Shown: positions 16,692 through 24,865, counted from the stretch's first letter. The stretch: 52,569 nucleotides of DNA from a virus (IMGVR_UViG_3300012878_000049:1-52569); one strand, 5' to 3'. The notes: a model not told the origin generated them from the sequence alone. Program-made: numbers and translations.

Positions 16692-17171
16692 ATGCCCCTC
16701 GACTGGCTACGGCGCCTGATCCGCCGTTCCGCACCCAAGCCGATCGGGTTCCTTCCGGTGGTGATTCCGGATGGAGTCGCGGTCGCCCTGGTGTATCCCG
16801 GCCACCTCAATCCGGCCCAGCGCCAAGCGGTGCAGGCACACCTCGATGCATGGGCGAAGCCGAGAGGGATCAGCCCGATCGTGCTTGAGGGCGGCCTGCA
16901 GGTGCAGCTATCGCCGGTCCTAGGCGCTCGTGACAAATTCTTCGCCGGCGTCTTGGCTTCGGGATCGATTCTTACCCGGGCCCAAGTCAGGGCGTTCGAG
17001 GAGCGTAGCGCTCCACCTTCTCCGTCAGGAGACCCATCTGCCGAGTCAGCTCCGGACGGGTTTGATCCTCGCGGCCCGATCGCGCCTTCGCCTCCATCGA
17101 CTTTGCTGCCATCAACGAAACGAGCCGATCCCACTGGTCGCGAAGAGCAGTCGGGTGAGGATGCGTCGTGA
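16692..17171 (+). CDS. Hypothetical protein whose C-terminal part bridges an antisense gene
   Basis: Start MPLDWLRR; stop overlaps the next GTG/ATG. Confidence 0.5.
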   Translation: MPLDWLRRLIRRSAPKPIGFLPVVIPDGVAVALVYPGHLNPAQRQAVQAHLDAWAKPRGISPIVLEGGLQVQLSPVLGARDKFFAGVLASGSILTRAQVRAFEERSAPPSPSGDPSAESAPDGFDPRGPIAPSPPSTLLPSTKRADPTGREEQSGEDAS

Positions 17172-17280
17172 TGAGCGCTTCGAGCATCAAGCCTTGCGCA
17201 AGCGTTTTCGCTTGCAGGTGTGCAATCGCAGTCGTTGTCTCCGCGACCCACTGCATCTCGTCCGAGTTCATTTCGTCCAT
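16987..17280 (-). CDS. Antisense accessory hypothetical protein (97 aa)
   Basis: GGAGGCGGAC-ATG; TAGGAT at 17320-17325; helical protein-like sequence. Confidence 0.7.
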   Translation of the reverse strand: MDEMNSDEMQWVAETTTAIAHLQAKTLAQGLMLEALITTHPHPTALRDQWDRLVSLMAAKSMEAKARSGREDQTRPELTRQMGLLTEKVERYAPRTP

Positions 17281-17620
17281 GTCCGCCTCCGGTAGTGATC
17301 GGGTGTCTCAGCAACACCAATCCTATCGGCAGGCGGGCGCCTACCTCTCGCCGGTCATCAGCTTGGACAGGCCGATGACGCGCGCGGCCCGATCGGGTGG
17401 CATCTCCGCGGTCAGTTCCAAAAGCGCCTCGCTGACCTCCATCGAGAAACGGGGATCTGCCATGGCTCTTCGTGCCAGGGCAGACAAGACCCCCTCCATT
17501 GCCGTCATCAGCAGCAGCATCTCGAGCTTCAGCTCTTTGTCGTCCATGTCGCCCTCCGTGCGGGCTGTGTCTGTGGCCAGCGCAGCGTACCGCAGGGCGG
17601 GCGGCGCCTTTCTTCCCTGA
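17168..17620 (+). CDS. Operon-strand bridging ORF (Ser-rich)
   Basis: Start overlaps the previous stop; ends 70 nt before cII; shadow-like composition. Confidence 0.3.
   Translation: MMSASSIKPCASVFACRCAIAVVVSATHCISSEFISSMSASGSDRVSQQHQSYRQAGAYLSPVISLDRPMTRAARSGGISAVSSKSASLTSIEKRGSAMALRARADKTPSIAVISSSISSFSSLSSMSPSVRAVSVASAAYRRAGGAFLP
17341..17547 (-). CDS. Antisense accessory hypothetical protein (68 aa)
   Basis: GGAGGGCGAC-ATG; TACGCT at 17584-17589. Confidence 0.65.
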   Translation of the reverse strand: MDDKELKLEMLLLMTAMEGVLSALARRAMADPRFSMEVSEALLELTAEMPPDRAARVIGLSKLMTGER

Positions 17621-17689
17621 TTCGATCGTCTCCATGGCCGGCATCGTCCGGCATGGCGGCTCCCAGAACCACGTTCAGCGAGTTCCCCA

Positions 17690-18139
17690 ATGAACATCAC
17701 CGACGCCGCGCACAAGACCGTCAAGGACTATCCCGGTGGCAGCGAGGCTCTTGCGCCTCGGATCGCCATATCTGCGGCAGTGCTGCGCAACAAGGTCAAT
17801 CCCAACAACTCGACGCACCACCTGACCCTGGCCGAGGCCAGCGAGATCATGGGCGTCACCGGTGACCACCGCATGCTGCACGCGCTGGCGGCCGAGCACG
17901 GCTACACGCTGCAGGCCACAGACGCGCCCAACGTCAACACGATCATGTGCGCGATGCTGGCGGCATCTGCGGCGAAGGGCGATCTCGCATCGATTCTCGC
18001 CCAGTCGTTGGCGGACAACCGAATCACGCCGAACGAGGCTGCTGACATCGCTCGGGCGTGCGCTGCAGTCCAGGCGGCGATGACCGAGGTCAGCCGCCAC
18101 GCGAACGCCAAGGCAGCGGCGGGGCTGGTGCAGGCGTGA
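17690..18139 (+). CDS. cII: Phage regulatory CII-family protein
   Basis: DYPGGSEALA..VLRNKVNPN..HHLTLAEA..TGD. Confidence 0.85.
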   Translation: MNITDAAHKTVKDYPGGSEALAPRIAISAAVLRNKVNPNNSTHHLTLAEASEIMGVTGDHRMLHALAAEHGYTLQATDAPNVNTIMCAMLAASAAKGDLASILAQSLADNRITPNEAADIARACAAVQAAMTEVSRHANAKAAAGLVQA

Positions 18140-18282
18140 GCACTAACGCGCGTTATTCCCACGGAGCGCGGAAGGGCGGGCGCAATGCGCTCATGAACGC
18201 GACTGCCCGCGCCATCCGAATCGTACGGTTCAACTGGTTCTGCAGCGGCGCCCGTCTCGAATGCGAGAGGGCGCCGCGATGA
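18136..18282 (+). CDS. Small basic hypothetical protein
   Basis: GTGA and ATGA overlaps. Confidence 0.5.
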   Translation: MSTNARYSHGARKGGRNALMNATARAIRIVRFNWFCSGARLECERAPR

Positions 18283-18524
18283 CTCAATCGTCCAATGGCG
18301 CTCGCATTGGAAAGCCGAGCACGTACTTCACAGACACGAAGCTGTCTGTGCCTTCGCTCACGCCGACGGTTCCTACAGCGATCAGGCTCCACCCCTCGTC
18401 AAGGAGTTTGTTGGCTTCGGCCTGCGTACGCGCCTCGTGCACCGAGGACATCCTAGTTAACGACTTGACGCTCATCCATGCAGCTCCTTCTGTTGGAGCC
18501 TCGAATCCTAGCGGGGTTCGGTGA
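18279..18524 (+). CDS. Operon-strand bridging ORF
   Basis: ATGA overlap upstream; GTGA overlap with the replication gene. Confidence 0.4.
   Translation: MTQSSNGARIGKPSTYFTDTKLSVPSLTPTVPTAIRLHPSSRSLLASACVRASCTEDILVNDLTLIHAAPSVGASNPSGVR
18284..18475 (-). CDS. Antisense accessory hypothetical protein (63 aa)
   Basis: AAGGAG SD; TAGGAT at 18505-18510; EANKLLDEGWSLIAV..YVLG. Confidence 0.65.
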   Translation of the reverse strand: MSVKSLTRMSSVHEARTQAEANKLLDEGWSLIAVGTVGVSEGTDSFVSVKYVLGFPMRAPLDD

Positions 18525-19327
18525 TGGCTGGCGACTGGATCAAGATGCGGACGAATCTCGCGACGAGTCCGAAAGTTGTCCGCATCGCGTCCGCATTGAA
18601 TGCGGACAGGTTGCGCGTGATCGGCGGTTTGCACGCGGTCTGGTGCCTGTTCGACGCGCACTCTGACGACGGCATGCTCACCGGATACTCTCCGGCTGTT
18701 CTGGACGATCTGATCGGATGGCCCGGTTTTTCAGCGGCCATGATTGCCGTCGAATGGATGGCGGAAGAGGCCGGAAACCTCGTCATACCGCGGTTCGAGG
18801 AGCATAACGGGGCGTCCGCAAAGCGCCGAGCGCAGGAGGCTGACAGGAAGCGAAGCGTCCGCAATCTGTCCGCATCACCGTCCGCATCGGATGCGGACAA
18901 AAAGCGGACTAGAGAAGAGAAGAGAAGAGAAGAAGAGAAAGAACCCCCTAAGCCCCCCGCTGACGCGGCGGGCGCCCCGGTGAAATCTCGAAAGACGAAG
19001 TGCACCTTCCCGACCTTCGTCCAGGACTGCCGTGAGTCTGGCGTCAAGCCGATCCCGCCTGATGACCCGATCTTCGGGTTCTGCACCGATGCGGGGATCC
19101 CGAAGGAATTCCTCGAGCTCGCCTGGCGCGAGTTCGCGCTCAAGCACCGCGATTCGGGCCGGATGCAGAAGGACTGGCGCGCCCACTTCCGCAACGCCGT
19201 GCGCGGCAACTGGCACAAGCTCTGGTGGTTCCCGAACGACGGCCAATGCGACCTGACCACCGCCGGCGTGCAGCTCAAGCGAGCCCGAGAGGCTGAGCTG
19301 GCCGCGAAGCAGGGGCAGGCCGCGTGA
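18521..19327 (+). CDS. Replication initiator protein (lambda O-position)
   Basis: AGDWIKMRTNL..PKV N-term, REEKRREE linker, DWRAHFRNAVRGNW C-term; precedes DnaB. Confidence 0.85.
   Translation: MMAGDWIKMRTNLATSPKVVRIASALNADRLRVIGGLHAVWCLFDAHSDDGMLTGYSPAVLDDLIGWPGFSAAMIAVEWMAEEAGNLVIPRFEEHNGASAKRRAQEADRKRSVRNLSASPSASDADKKRTREEKRREEEKEPPKPPADAAGAPVKSRKTKCTFPTFVQDCRESGVKPIPPDDPIFGFCTDAGIPKEFLELAWREFALKHRDSGRMQKDWRAHFRNAVRGNWHKLWWFPNDGQCDLTTAGVQLKRAREAELAAKQGQAA
18857..18944 (+). repeat. Putative replication origin: GTCCGCA iterons plus AG-rich tract
   Basis: Three direct GTCCGCA copies, inverted (T/A)GCGGAC copies, then an (AGAAG)n run inside the initiator gene. Confidence 0.6.
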
Positions 19328-20832
19328 CCGGGACTGATGACATCGATCGGTTGGAATCGTTGTACGCGGCCAGGGCGGAGCCAGCTGATCGTTCGTTGCT
19401 GCGTGTTCCGCCGCATTCGATGGAGGCTGAGCAGGCGGTGATCGGTGGCCTGATGCTGCGCCCCGATGCGCTGGCCGACGTCGGCGACCTGCTGTCGGCG
19501 TCCGACTTCTACCGGCGCGAGCACGCTGCAATTTTCGAGGCGATCCTCGACCAGAAGGCGCGCGGCAAGCCTTTCGACGCGGTGACGCTGGGCGACTGGT
19601 TTGAGACCGCCGGCAAAGCCGAGATGGTCGATAACGGCGCGTACCTGGGCGAGCTCGTGTCGACGACCGCATCGGCCGCGAACGTGCGTGCCTATGCCGA
19701 GATCGTGGCGGACAAGGCGACGCTACGGCAGGTCATTGAGGTCGGCTCGGAGATCGTTGGCATCGGGTTCGATCCGGAGGGCCGGCAGGCTGCCGAGATC
19801 GTGTCGACAGGCGCTGCGAAGTTCGCCGCGCTGACGCTTCGCGGTGCGCGCGAGGGCAGTGGGTTGCGCATGATCGGCGCGGCGATGAAGGAGGCATGGG
19901 ACGAGATCAACGGCCGCTTCGAGGGCTCGATCGAAATCGGCCTGACGCCGCCCTGGGAGAACGTGCGGGCGAAGCTGCCCGGTCTCGAGGACACGGACCT
20001 GATGGTCATTGCGGCGCGGCCAGGCATGGGCAAAACCGTGGCCGGGTTGGAGTTCGCAGACCACGCTGCACGTCAGGGCCGGAACGTCGCCTTCTTCTCG
20101 CTGGAGATGAGCCAGAAGCAGCTGGCAGTGCGGCTCGTCGCTCGCCGCGCGCGCGTCGACCAATCGCTGATGCGTCAGAAGGGCGCGCTGTCGAACGAGG
20201 ACTGGGCGGAGATCAATGGCGCCTACAAGGATCTGCGCGGTCTGCCGCTGGCGATCGATGACACCGCGGAGCTGACGATCGAGGGCATCAAGGCGCGCGC
20301 GTCCCGAATGCACGCCAAGGTGCCCGGTGGCCTCGGCCTGATCGTCGTCGACTACATGCAGCTGATCAGCGGCGATGGCCGGCATGACGACAAGCGCCAC
20401 GATGAGGTGACGAAGATCAGCCGTGGCCTGAAGCTGCTGGCCAAGGAACTGCGCAGCCCAGTCATCGCGCTGTCTCAGCTCAACCGCGGCGTCGAGGCAC
20501 GGACCGACAAGCGGCCGCAGCTTTCAGACCTGCGCGAGTCCGGTGCGATCGAGCAGGACGCCGACATCATCGCGTTCCTCTATCGCGACGATTACTACAC
20601 GAAAGAGGCGTGCGGAGCGCCGGGAATCGCGGAATTCATCATCGCGAAGCAACGCCAGGGCGCACTCGGCAAGGCATATCTCGAGCACCACCTGGAGTGC
20701 AGCCGCTTCGACGATTACCACGGCCCGACGCCCAGCTACAGCAGGAGTCGCGCGGGCAGTGCGAGCAACGACGGATTCGACGATGACCTGCCGTTGTCGG
20801 GTCGAGACCGTGCAGCTGGAGGACGCCGATGA
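19324..20832 (+). CDS. dnaB: DnaB-like replicative helicase
   Basis: PPHSMEAEQAVIG, AARPGMGKT, VDYMQL, LSQLNR, DLRESGAIEQDAD. Confidence 0.95.
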   Translation: MTGTDDIDRLESLYAARAEPADRSLLRVPPHSMEAEQAVIGGLMLRPDALADVGDLLSASDFYRREHAAIFEAILDQKARGKPFDAVTLGDWFETAGKAEMVDNGAYLGELVSTTASAANVRAYAEIVADKATLRQVIEVGSEIVGIGFDPEGRQAAEIVSTGAAKFAALTLRGAREGSGLRMIGAAMKEAWDEINGRFEGSIEIGLTPPWENVRAKLPGLEDTDLMVIAARPGMGKTVAGLEFADHAARQGRNVAFFSLEMSQKQLAVRLVARRARVDQSLMRQKGALSNEDWAEINGAYKDLRGLPLAIDDTAELTIEGIKARASRMHAKVPGGLGLIVVDYMQLISGDGRHDDKRHDEVTKISRGLKLLAKELRSPVIALSQLNRGVEARTDKRPQLSDLRESGAIEQDADIIAFLYRDDYYTKEACGAPGIAEFIIAKQRQGALGKAYLEHHLECSRFDDYHGPTPSYSRSRAGSASNDGFDDDLPLSGRDRAAGGRR

Positions 20833-21032
20833 ACCGTAACCCCGATGAGTGCGTGACCACCGCGCAGCGTGTGCAGTGGCTGCGCAGCGAAGCCGACGAC
20901 ATGGAACGCGACCTGTCGCCTCAGGAGAACCCGCACGAGTTCTGCATGCCACGGCTCATGGCTTCGACCGGCCGTGACCTCGCGCGTCGCATGGAGCGCC
21001 GGGCGGAGCACGACCAGCGTGAGGCCGCGTGA
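20829..21032 (+). CDS. Hypothetical protein
   Basis: Coupled overlaps. Confidence 0.6.
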   Translation: MNRNPDECVTTAQRVQWLRSEADDMERDLSPQENPHEFCMPRLMASTGRDLARRMERRAEHDQREAA

Positions 21033-21211
21033 TGGGCGACCGGGCATTCCGCATCCACATGGCGCGCGTGCTGCTCAACGAGTGCCGGGCGCGCCGGCAT
21101 AGCCGCGTGAACCGCGACTTCTACTGGAGCTTGTTCACGTCTGCGCAGAAGGCGCGCCGACAGGCCGCGGGCATGCGACAGCAGCCAGCGCAGGGAGGGC
21201 TGTTCGGATGA
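21029..21211 (+). CDS. Hypothetical protein
   Basis: Coupled overlaps. Confidence 0.6.
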   Translation: MMGDRAFRIHMARVLLNECRARRHSRVNRDFYWSLFTSAQKARRQAAGMRQQPAQGGLFG

Positions 21212-21744
21212 AGACTGCGGCCGCGAAGAAGATCCAGGCGAAGAGGGCGCGCCGGCCGATCTACCTGCTGGTGCGCAAGCTCGTGGACCCGGCAACCGGT
21301 GAAGAGGTCGGCGCGCTGGTGCCGGCGCATGACATCGATGCGCGCCTGCTCCGCGAGCGGAGGTTCCGCGTCGGCCGCGAGGTTCGCGCTGAGCTGAAGC
21401 AGCCGCGAAACCCGGGCTTCCACCGGCTGATGCACGCGGTCGGCAACCTGCTGGTGGACAACGTCGAAGAGTTCCGCGACCACAGCGGGCACAGCGCGAT
21501 CAAGGCCATCCAGGCGAACACCGGTGTTTGCTGCGAGCCGATGGAGATTGACCTCGGGCCTCTGGGCAAGGTGACCGCACAGGTCGCGCGCAGCTTGGCG
21601 TTCGACGAAATGGACGATGACGAATTCGGGCTGCTGTTCGAGGCCGTCACCGCGTACATCGGCGAGCACTACGCGCACGTGCTGCTCGACGACGTGCGCG
21701 CGGAGTTCTGGCAGATGGTGCAGGGCGATCGGAGGGCGGCGTGA
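21208..21744 (+). CDS. nin-region hypothetical protein (DUF1367-like)
   Basis: KQPRNPGFHR and RSLAFDEMDDDEF motifs. Confidence 0.7.
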   Translation: MKTAAAKKIQAKRARRPIYLLVRKLVDPATGEEVGALVPAHDIDARLLRERRFRVGREVRAELKQPRNPGFHRLMHAVGNLLVDNVEEFRDHSGHSAIKAIQANTGVCCEPMEIDLGPLGKVTAQVARSLAFDEMDDDEFGLLFEAVTAYIGEHYAHVLLDDVRAEFWQMVQGDRRAA

Positions 21745-22319
21745 TGAGGCTAACTCGGACGTCGGTTCACCAGGCGGTACAGCCAGCTGCTCGCATCGTG
21801 GTCGAGTCTCCTGACAGCAACAGCAGTTTGCTCGATACCTCTGACCATGTGATCAATCGCGTCGGAGAACTCGGCGGTAGCAGGCTCGCCATTTTTTGCA
21901 CCCATATTGATCGCAGAGATCAGGTCGTCGGCAAGCCTCAGCAACTCGCTCGTAAGGGTGATGTGGGGTATCAGACGGTACTCGGGGAGATCATCAAGCC
22001 TGATGGAATCCAACGTGCGGCGAGCAGAGCGTACGGATTCGGGATTGATGTGGGTGAACTGCCCGCCGAGAACCATTTCATGCACGAGCGCCGCGTCGGA
22101 CTTGATAGTCGTGACGGCGTAGTTCATCAGCGTCCGAATGGCTCTCGATCGCTTGCGGTCGAGCCTCACGTGCTGCGTGTTCGCGACCCAGATCGCGACA
22201 GCGATCGCTGCAATCGAGCCGATCGCCTGGACCCAAGCGGCCTGCCCCTCCGGCTTCAATGCACACCATCCGATCCAGCTGCAGTCCATGGCATCCCCCT
22301 GTGTGGAGCCCGAGCATGA
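21741..22319 (+). CDS. Operon-strand bridging ORF
   Basis: GTGA overlap with the upstream stop, ATGA overlap with the downstream start, 192 open codons. Confidence 0.4.
   Translation: MMRLTRTSVHQAVQPAARIVVESPDSNSSLLDTSDHVINRVGELGGSRLAIFCTHIDRRDQVVGKPQQLARKGDVGYQTVLGEIIKPDGIQRAASRAYGFGIDVGELPAENHFMHERRVGLDSRDGVVHQRPNGSRSLAVEPHVLRVRDPDRDSDRCNRADRLDPSGLPLRLQCTPSDPAAVHGIPLCGARA
21750..22289 (-). CDS. Antisense accessory protein with N-terminal TM helix
   Basis: AAWVQAIGSIAAIAVAIWVA; GGGGGA SD. Confidence 0.75.
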   Translation of the reverse strand: MDCSWIGWCALKPEGQAAWVQAIGSIAAIAVAIWVANTQHVRLDRKRSRAIRTLMNYAVTTIKSDAALVHEMVLGGQFTHINPESVRSARRTLDSIRLDDLPEYRLIPHITLTSELLRLADDLISAINMGAKNGEPATAEFSDAIDHMVRGIEQTAVAVRRLDHDASSWLYRLVNRRPS

Positions 22320-22687
22320 AGCGCGGCCGCTCCACCGGCAATCCCAATGCCGCCGAGCGCGCGTGGATCGACACCGTGAAGCGCCTCGGCTGCCTGTGCT
22401 GCATCGCGCGCGGCTATCCGCATGACCAGGACGGGCCGGCCGTCGAGGCGCATCACCTCCTGTCCGGCGGCATCCGCCGCGGGCACCTCCACACCTTGGG
22501 GCTCTGCGCCTGGCACCACCGCGGCCGGTTGATCGTCAACGGCTGGTCGCACACCCAACACCGCACGCAGCTCGGGCCATCGCTGGCCGAGGGCAGCGTC
22601 CCATTCCACGCGGCGTTCGGCGACGACGAATCGCTGATGGCCGCGCAACACCGACTGATCGAACAGAGCTCGAGGAAAGCAGCATGA
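22316..22687 (+). CDS. Ref-family HNH-type recombination enhancement nuclease
   Basis: LGCLCC..EAHH..TLGLCAWHHRG. Confidence 0.75.
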   Translation: MKRGRSTGNPNAAERAWIDTVKRLGCLCCIARGYPHDQDGPAVEAHHLLSGGIRRGHLHTLGLCAWHHRGRLIVNGWSHTQHRTQLGPSLAEGSVPFHAAFGDDESLMAAQHRLIEQSSRKAA

Positions 22688-22854
22688 CGAAGCAACAGCA
22701 TGAGCAGGCCCGACTGGCCGGCGAGATGGCGCGGCGCGCGGGCCGCGGTCGGGACAAGTGCCCGCTCTACGCGATGGGCGCGGACGGACAGAAGCTCCGC
22801 GAGGCCTGGTACGCCGGCTGGGATGCGGCCAACGAAGAGAGGGCTGCGGCATGA
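22684..22854 (+). CDS. Rmf/CrpP-fold small protein (56 aa, not in ORF track)
   Basis: AGEMARRAGRGRDKCPLY..LREAWYAGW; ATGA overlaps at both ends. Confidence 0.6.
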   Translation: MTKQQHEQARLAGEMARRAGRGRDKCPLYAMGADGQKLREAWYAGWDAANEERAAA

Positions 22855-23306
22855 AGGCGCGTCCGGCGAGTTCGAGAATCGTCGCGTGGCTGGAGGCGCA
22901 CGAAGGCGAGCAGACCGTGCACGACATCGCGACTGGCCTCGGGCACCAGCGAGGCACGCGCGAGTACAAGGCTATCGGCCGTGCGATATGCCGGCTCGAT
23001 GACGACGGTGCCGTCGACAGCGGATGGCTGGATGGCAAGACCAAGCACTACAGCTTCAAGAAGCCGCTTCGAGCGGCGGGCCGCGTGCAGCCGTCGCTCC
23101 TGCACCGGCGCAAGTCGGCGCAGGCGCTGGGGCTGATTCCAGCACCGGTCGGCCGCGTGCGCAGCGCTGAAATGGCGTCGCGGCCTGCTTATCGCGCTGA
23201 GACCGTCGCCGAGTTCGTAGCGGGCGGCGGAAAGATCGAGCACGTGCAGGGATTCGAGGCGGTGCGCCCGTACGTGGCGCGGCCGGCGTGGAGGTCGGCA
23301 GCATGA
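22851..23306 (+). CDS. Hypothetical protein, possible winged HTH
   Basis: IVAWLEAHEGEQTVHDIATGLG; coupled. Confidence 0.6.
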   Translation: MKARPASSRIVAWLEAHEGEQTVHDIATGLGHQRGTREYKAIGRAICRLDDDGAVDSGWLDGKTKHYSFKKPLRAAGRVQPSLLHRRKSAQALGLIPAPVGRVRSAEMASRPAYRAETVAEFVAGGGKIEHVQGFEAVRPYVARPAWRSAA

Positions 23307-23788
23307 ACACGATCCTTGCCATCGACCCCGGCACCACGGAGAGCGGTGTCGTCGTGTTCCGCGACGGACGCATCCTACATACCGAGGTCTGCGACAACGT
23401 GCGTGCGCTCCATCTGGTGCGTACCGTGAATGCGAACGTGCTCGCGCTGGAGATGGTCGCCAGCTACGGCATGGCGGTCGGCAAGGAAGTGTTCCGCACC
23501 GTCTGGTGGACCGGCCGCTTCGCCGAGGCGTGGTCGCAGCGCACCGAATGCCTGCCGCGCGAAGTCTTCCGCCAAGAGGTGAAGTTGCACCTGTGCGCAT
23601 CGCCGCGCGCAAAAGACGCCAACATCCGGCAGGCGTTGATCGATCTGCTCGGGCCGCAGGGCACCAAGAAGGCGCCCGGGCCTACGTTCGGCGTGAAGTC
23701 GCACGGGTGGGCCGCTCTAGCCGTCGCTGTCACGGCCGCGGGTCTACGCCCCGACCACATGCAGCAGCAGGGGAGGGCCGCCGCTTGA
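23303..23788 (+). CDS. RuvC-like Holliday junction resolvase
   Basis: ILAIDPGTTESG, ALE, WAALAVA RNase H-fold pattern. Confidence 0.7.
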   Translation: MNTILAIDPGTTESGVVVFRDGRILHTEVCDNVRALHLVRTVNANVLALEMVASYGMAVGKEVFRTVWWTGRFAEAWSQRTECLPREVFRQEVKLHLCASPRAKDANIRQALIDLLGPQGTKKAPGPTFGVKSHGWAALAVAVTAAGLRPDHMQQQGRAAA

Positions 23789-24612
23789 CCCAGACAGACG
23801 AGCTGAAGCGGCTGATCCCGACGGAGACCGAGCTGTGCTCGATCTTCATGCGCGACTTCAACGAGCAGCCCGGCTGGATCTGTTACCCGGAGACGGGCGG
23901 CTTCGACGTGCTCGTCGCACACGAGAGCGGGCGCCAGATCGGCGTCGAGGCTAAGCTGCAGCTCAACGCGAAGGTCGCCGATCAGATTCTCCCGAGCAAC
24001 TCGTCGATGGCGTGGTCGCGGCAGGGGCCTGACCATCGACTGGTCATCGTCCGAAGCATCACCGAGGCGAACGCCGGTATCGCGAAGATGCTCGGGCAAC
24101 TCGGCGTCAGCGTGTGGGCGCCGCGCGTCGACACGCGCCTGCTGAAGGACGGAAGCTGGAACAGCGAGACGTACGCGCACTTCCACATCCACCACGAGAT
24201 GTGGGCCGACGGGACGGTTGCTCAGGCGCCGACGAGTTACGGCGGTCGCGAGGCCTACCACTCCTATGTCGGCCTGTTCGACTGGAACCCGGAACAGCGC
24301 ATCGATCTTCCCGCCGCGGTGCCGACGGTACCCGCCGGCGTCCCGGCACCGGTACGGATGACGCCTTGGAAGCAGGCTGCGGTGCGCGTGCTCGCAAGGC
24401 TGCGCGTGCAGGGCGCCATCACCGCGCGCGAGATCGCCGCTGAGGGCTGCAGCCCTTCGATGTGGACGCAGCGCTGGCTCGACCATGGATCCGGTCGCGG
24501 TCAGTGGGTGGAGTCGGCGCGCATGCCGAAATTCGACGAGCAGCATCCCGAGCTGTACGCGATCGCGCTGGAGAACGCGCAGGCGGCGAACGCCGAGGCC
24601 CGCGCCGCATGA
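23785..24612 (+). CDS. Hypothetical protein with PD-(D/E)xK-like motif
   Basis: PETGGFDVL..GVEAKL; TTG start overlapping the previous TGA. Confidence 0.7.
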   Translation: MTQTDELKRLIPTETELCSIFMRDFNEQPGWICYPETGGFDVLVAHESGRQIGVEAKLQLNAKVADQILPSNSSMAWSRQGPDHRLVIVRSITEANAGIAKMLGQLGVSVWAPRVDTRLLKDGSWNSETYAHFHIHHEMWADGTVAQAPTSYGGREAYHSYVGLFDWNPEQRIDLPAAVPTVPAGVPAPVRMTPWKQAAVRVLARLRVQGAITAREIAAEGCSPSMWTQRWLDHGSGRGQWVESARMPKFDEQHPELYAIALENAQAANAEARAA

Positions 24613-24857
24613 ACCTGGTGCCCGGAAACCTCACGCGACCCGAGGCCGCCGCCGACCAGCGCATGCGCAAGCGCTACCGCGCGGCGATCCGGAAGCGAGG
24701 CCTATGCGCGTTCTGCGCCTGCCGCCAGACCACGCTCGGCGTCGCGCACTGCCGCGACCAGCCCGGCAGGCAGATGGGCATGTGCCAGGACGACGGCCGG
24801 CTGCCGGCGTTCCGACTGGACGACACCACGATCGATGAATTCCGCGAGGCGGCGTAG
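24609..24857 (+). CDS. Cys-containing hypothetical protein
   Basis: CAFCACR..C..C; ATGA overlap. Confidence 0.6.
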   Translation: MNLVPGNLTRPEAAADQRMRKRYRAAIRKRGLCAFCACRQTTLGVAHCRDQPGRQMGMCQDDGRLPAFRLDDTTIDEFREAA

Positions 24858-24865
24858 GAGAACCC

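Noticed and set aside
15896-17644. 582-aa minus-strand ORF across cro
   Set aside because: Low-complexity Arg/Gly/Ala composition; crosses the operators and several better-supported genes
18911-18944. AGAAG microsatellite as a phase-variation tract
   Set aside because: Encodes the REEKRREE linker typical of phage initiators
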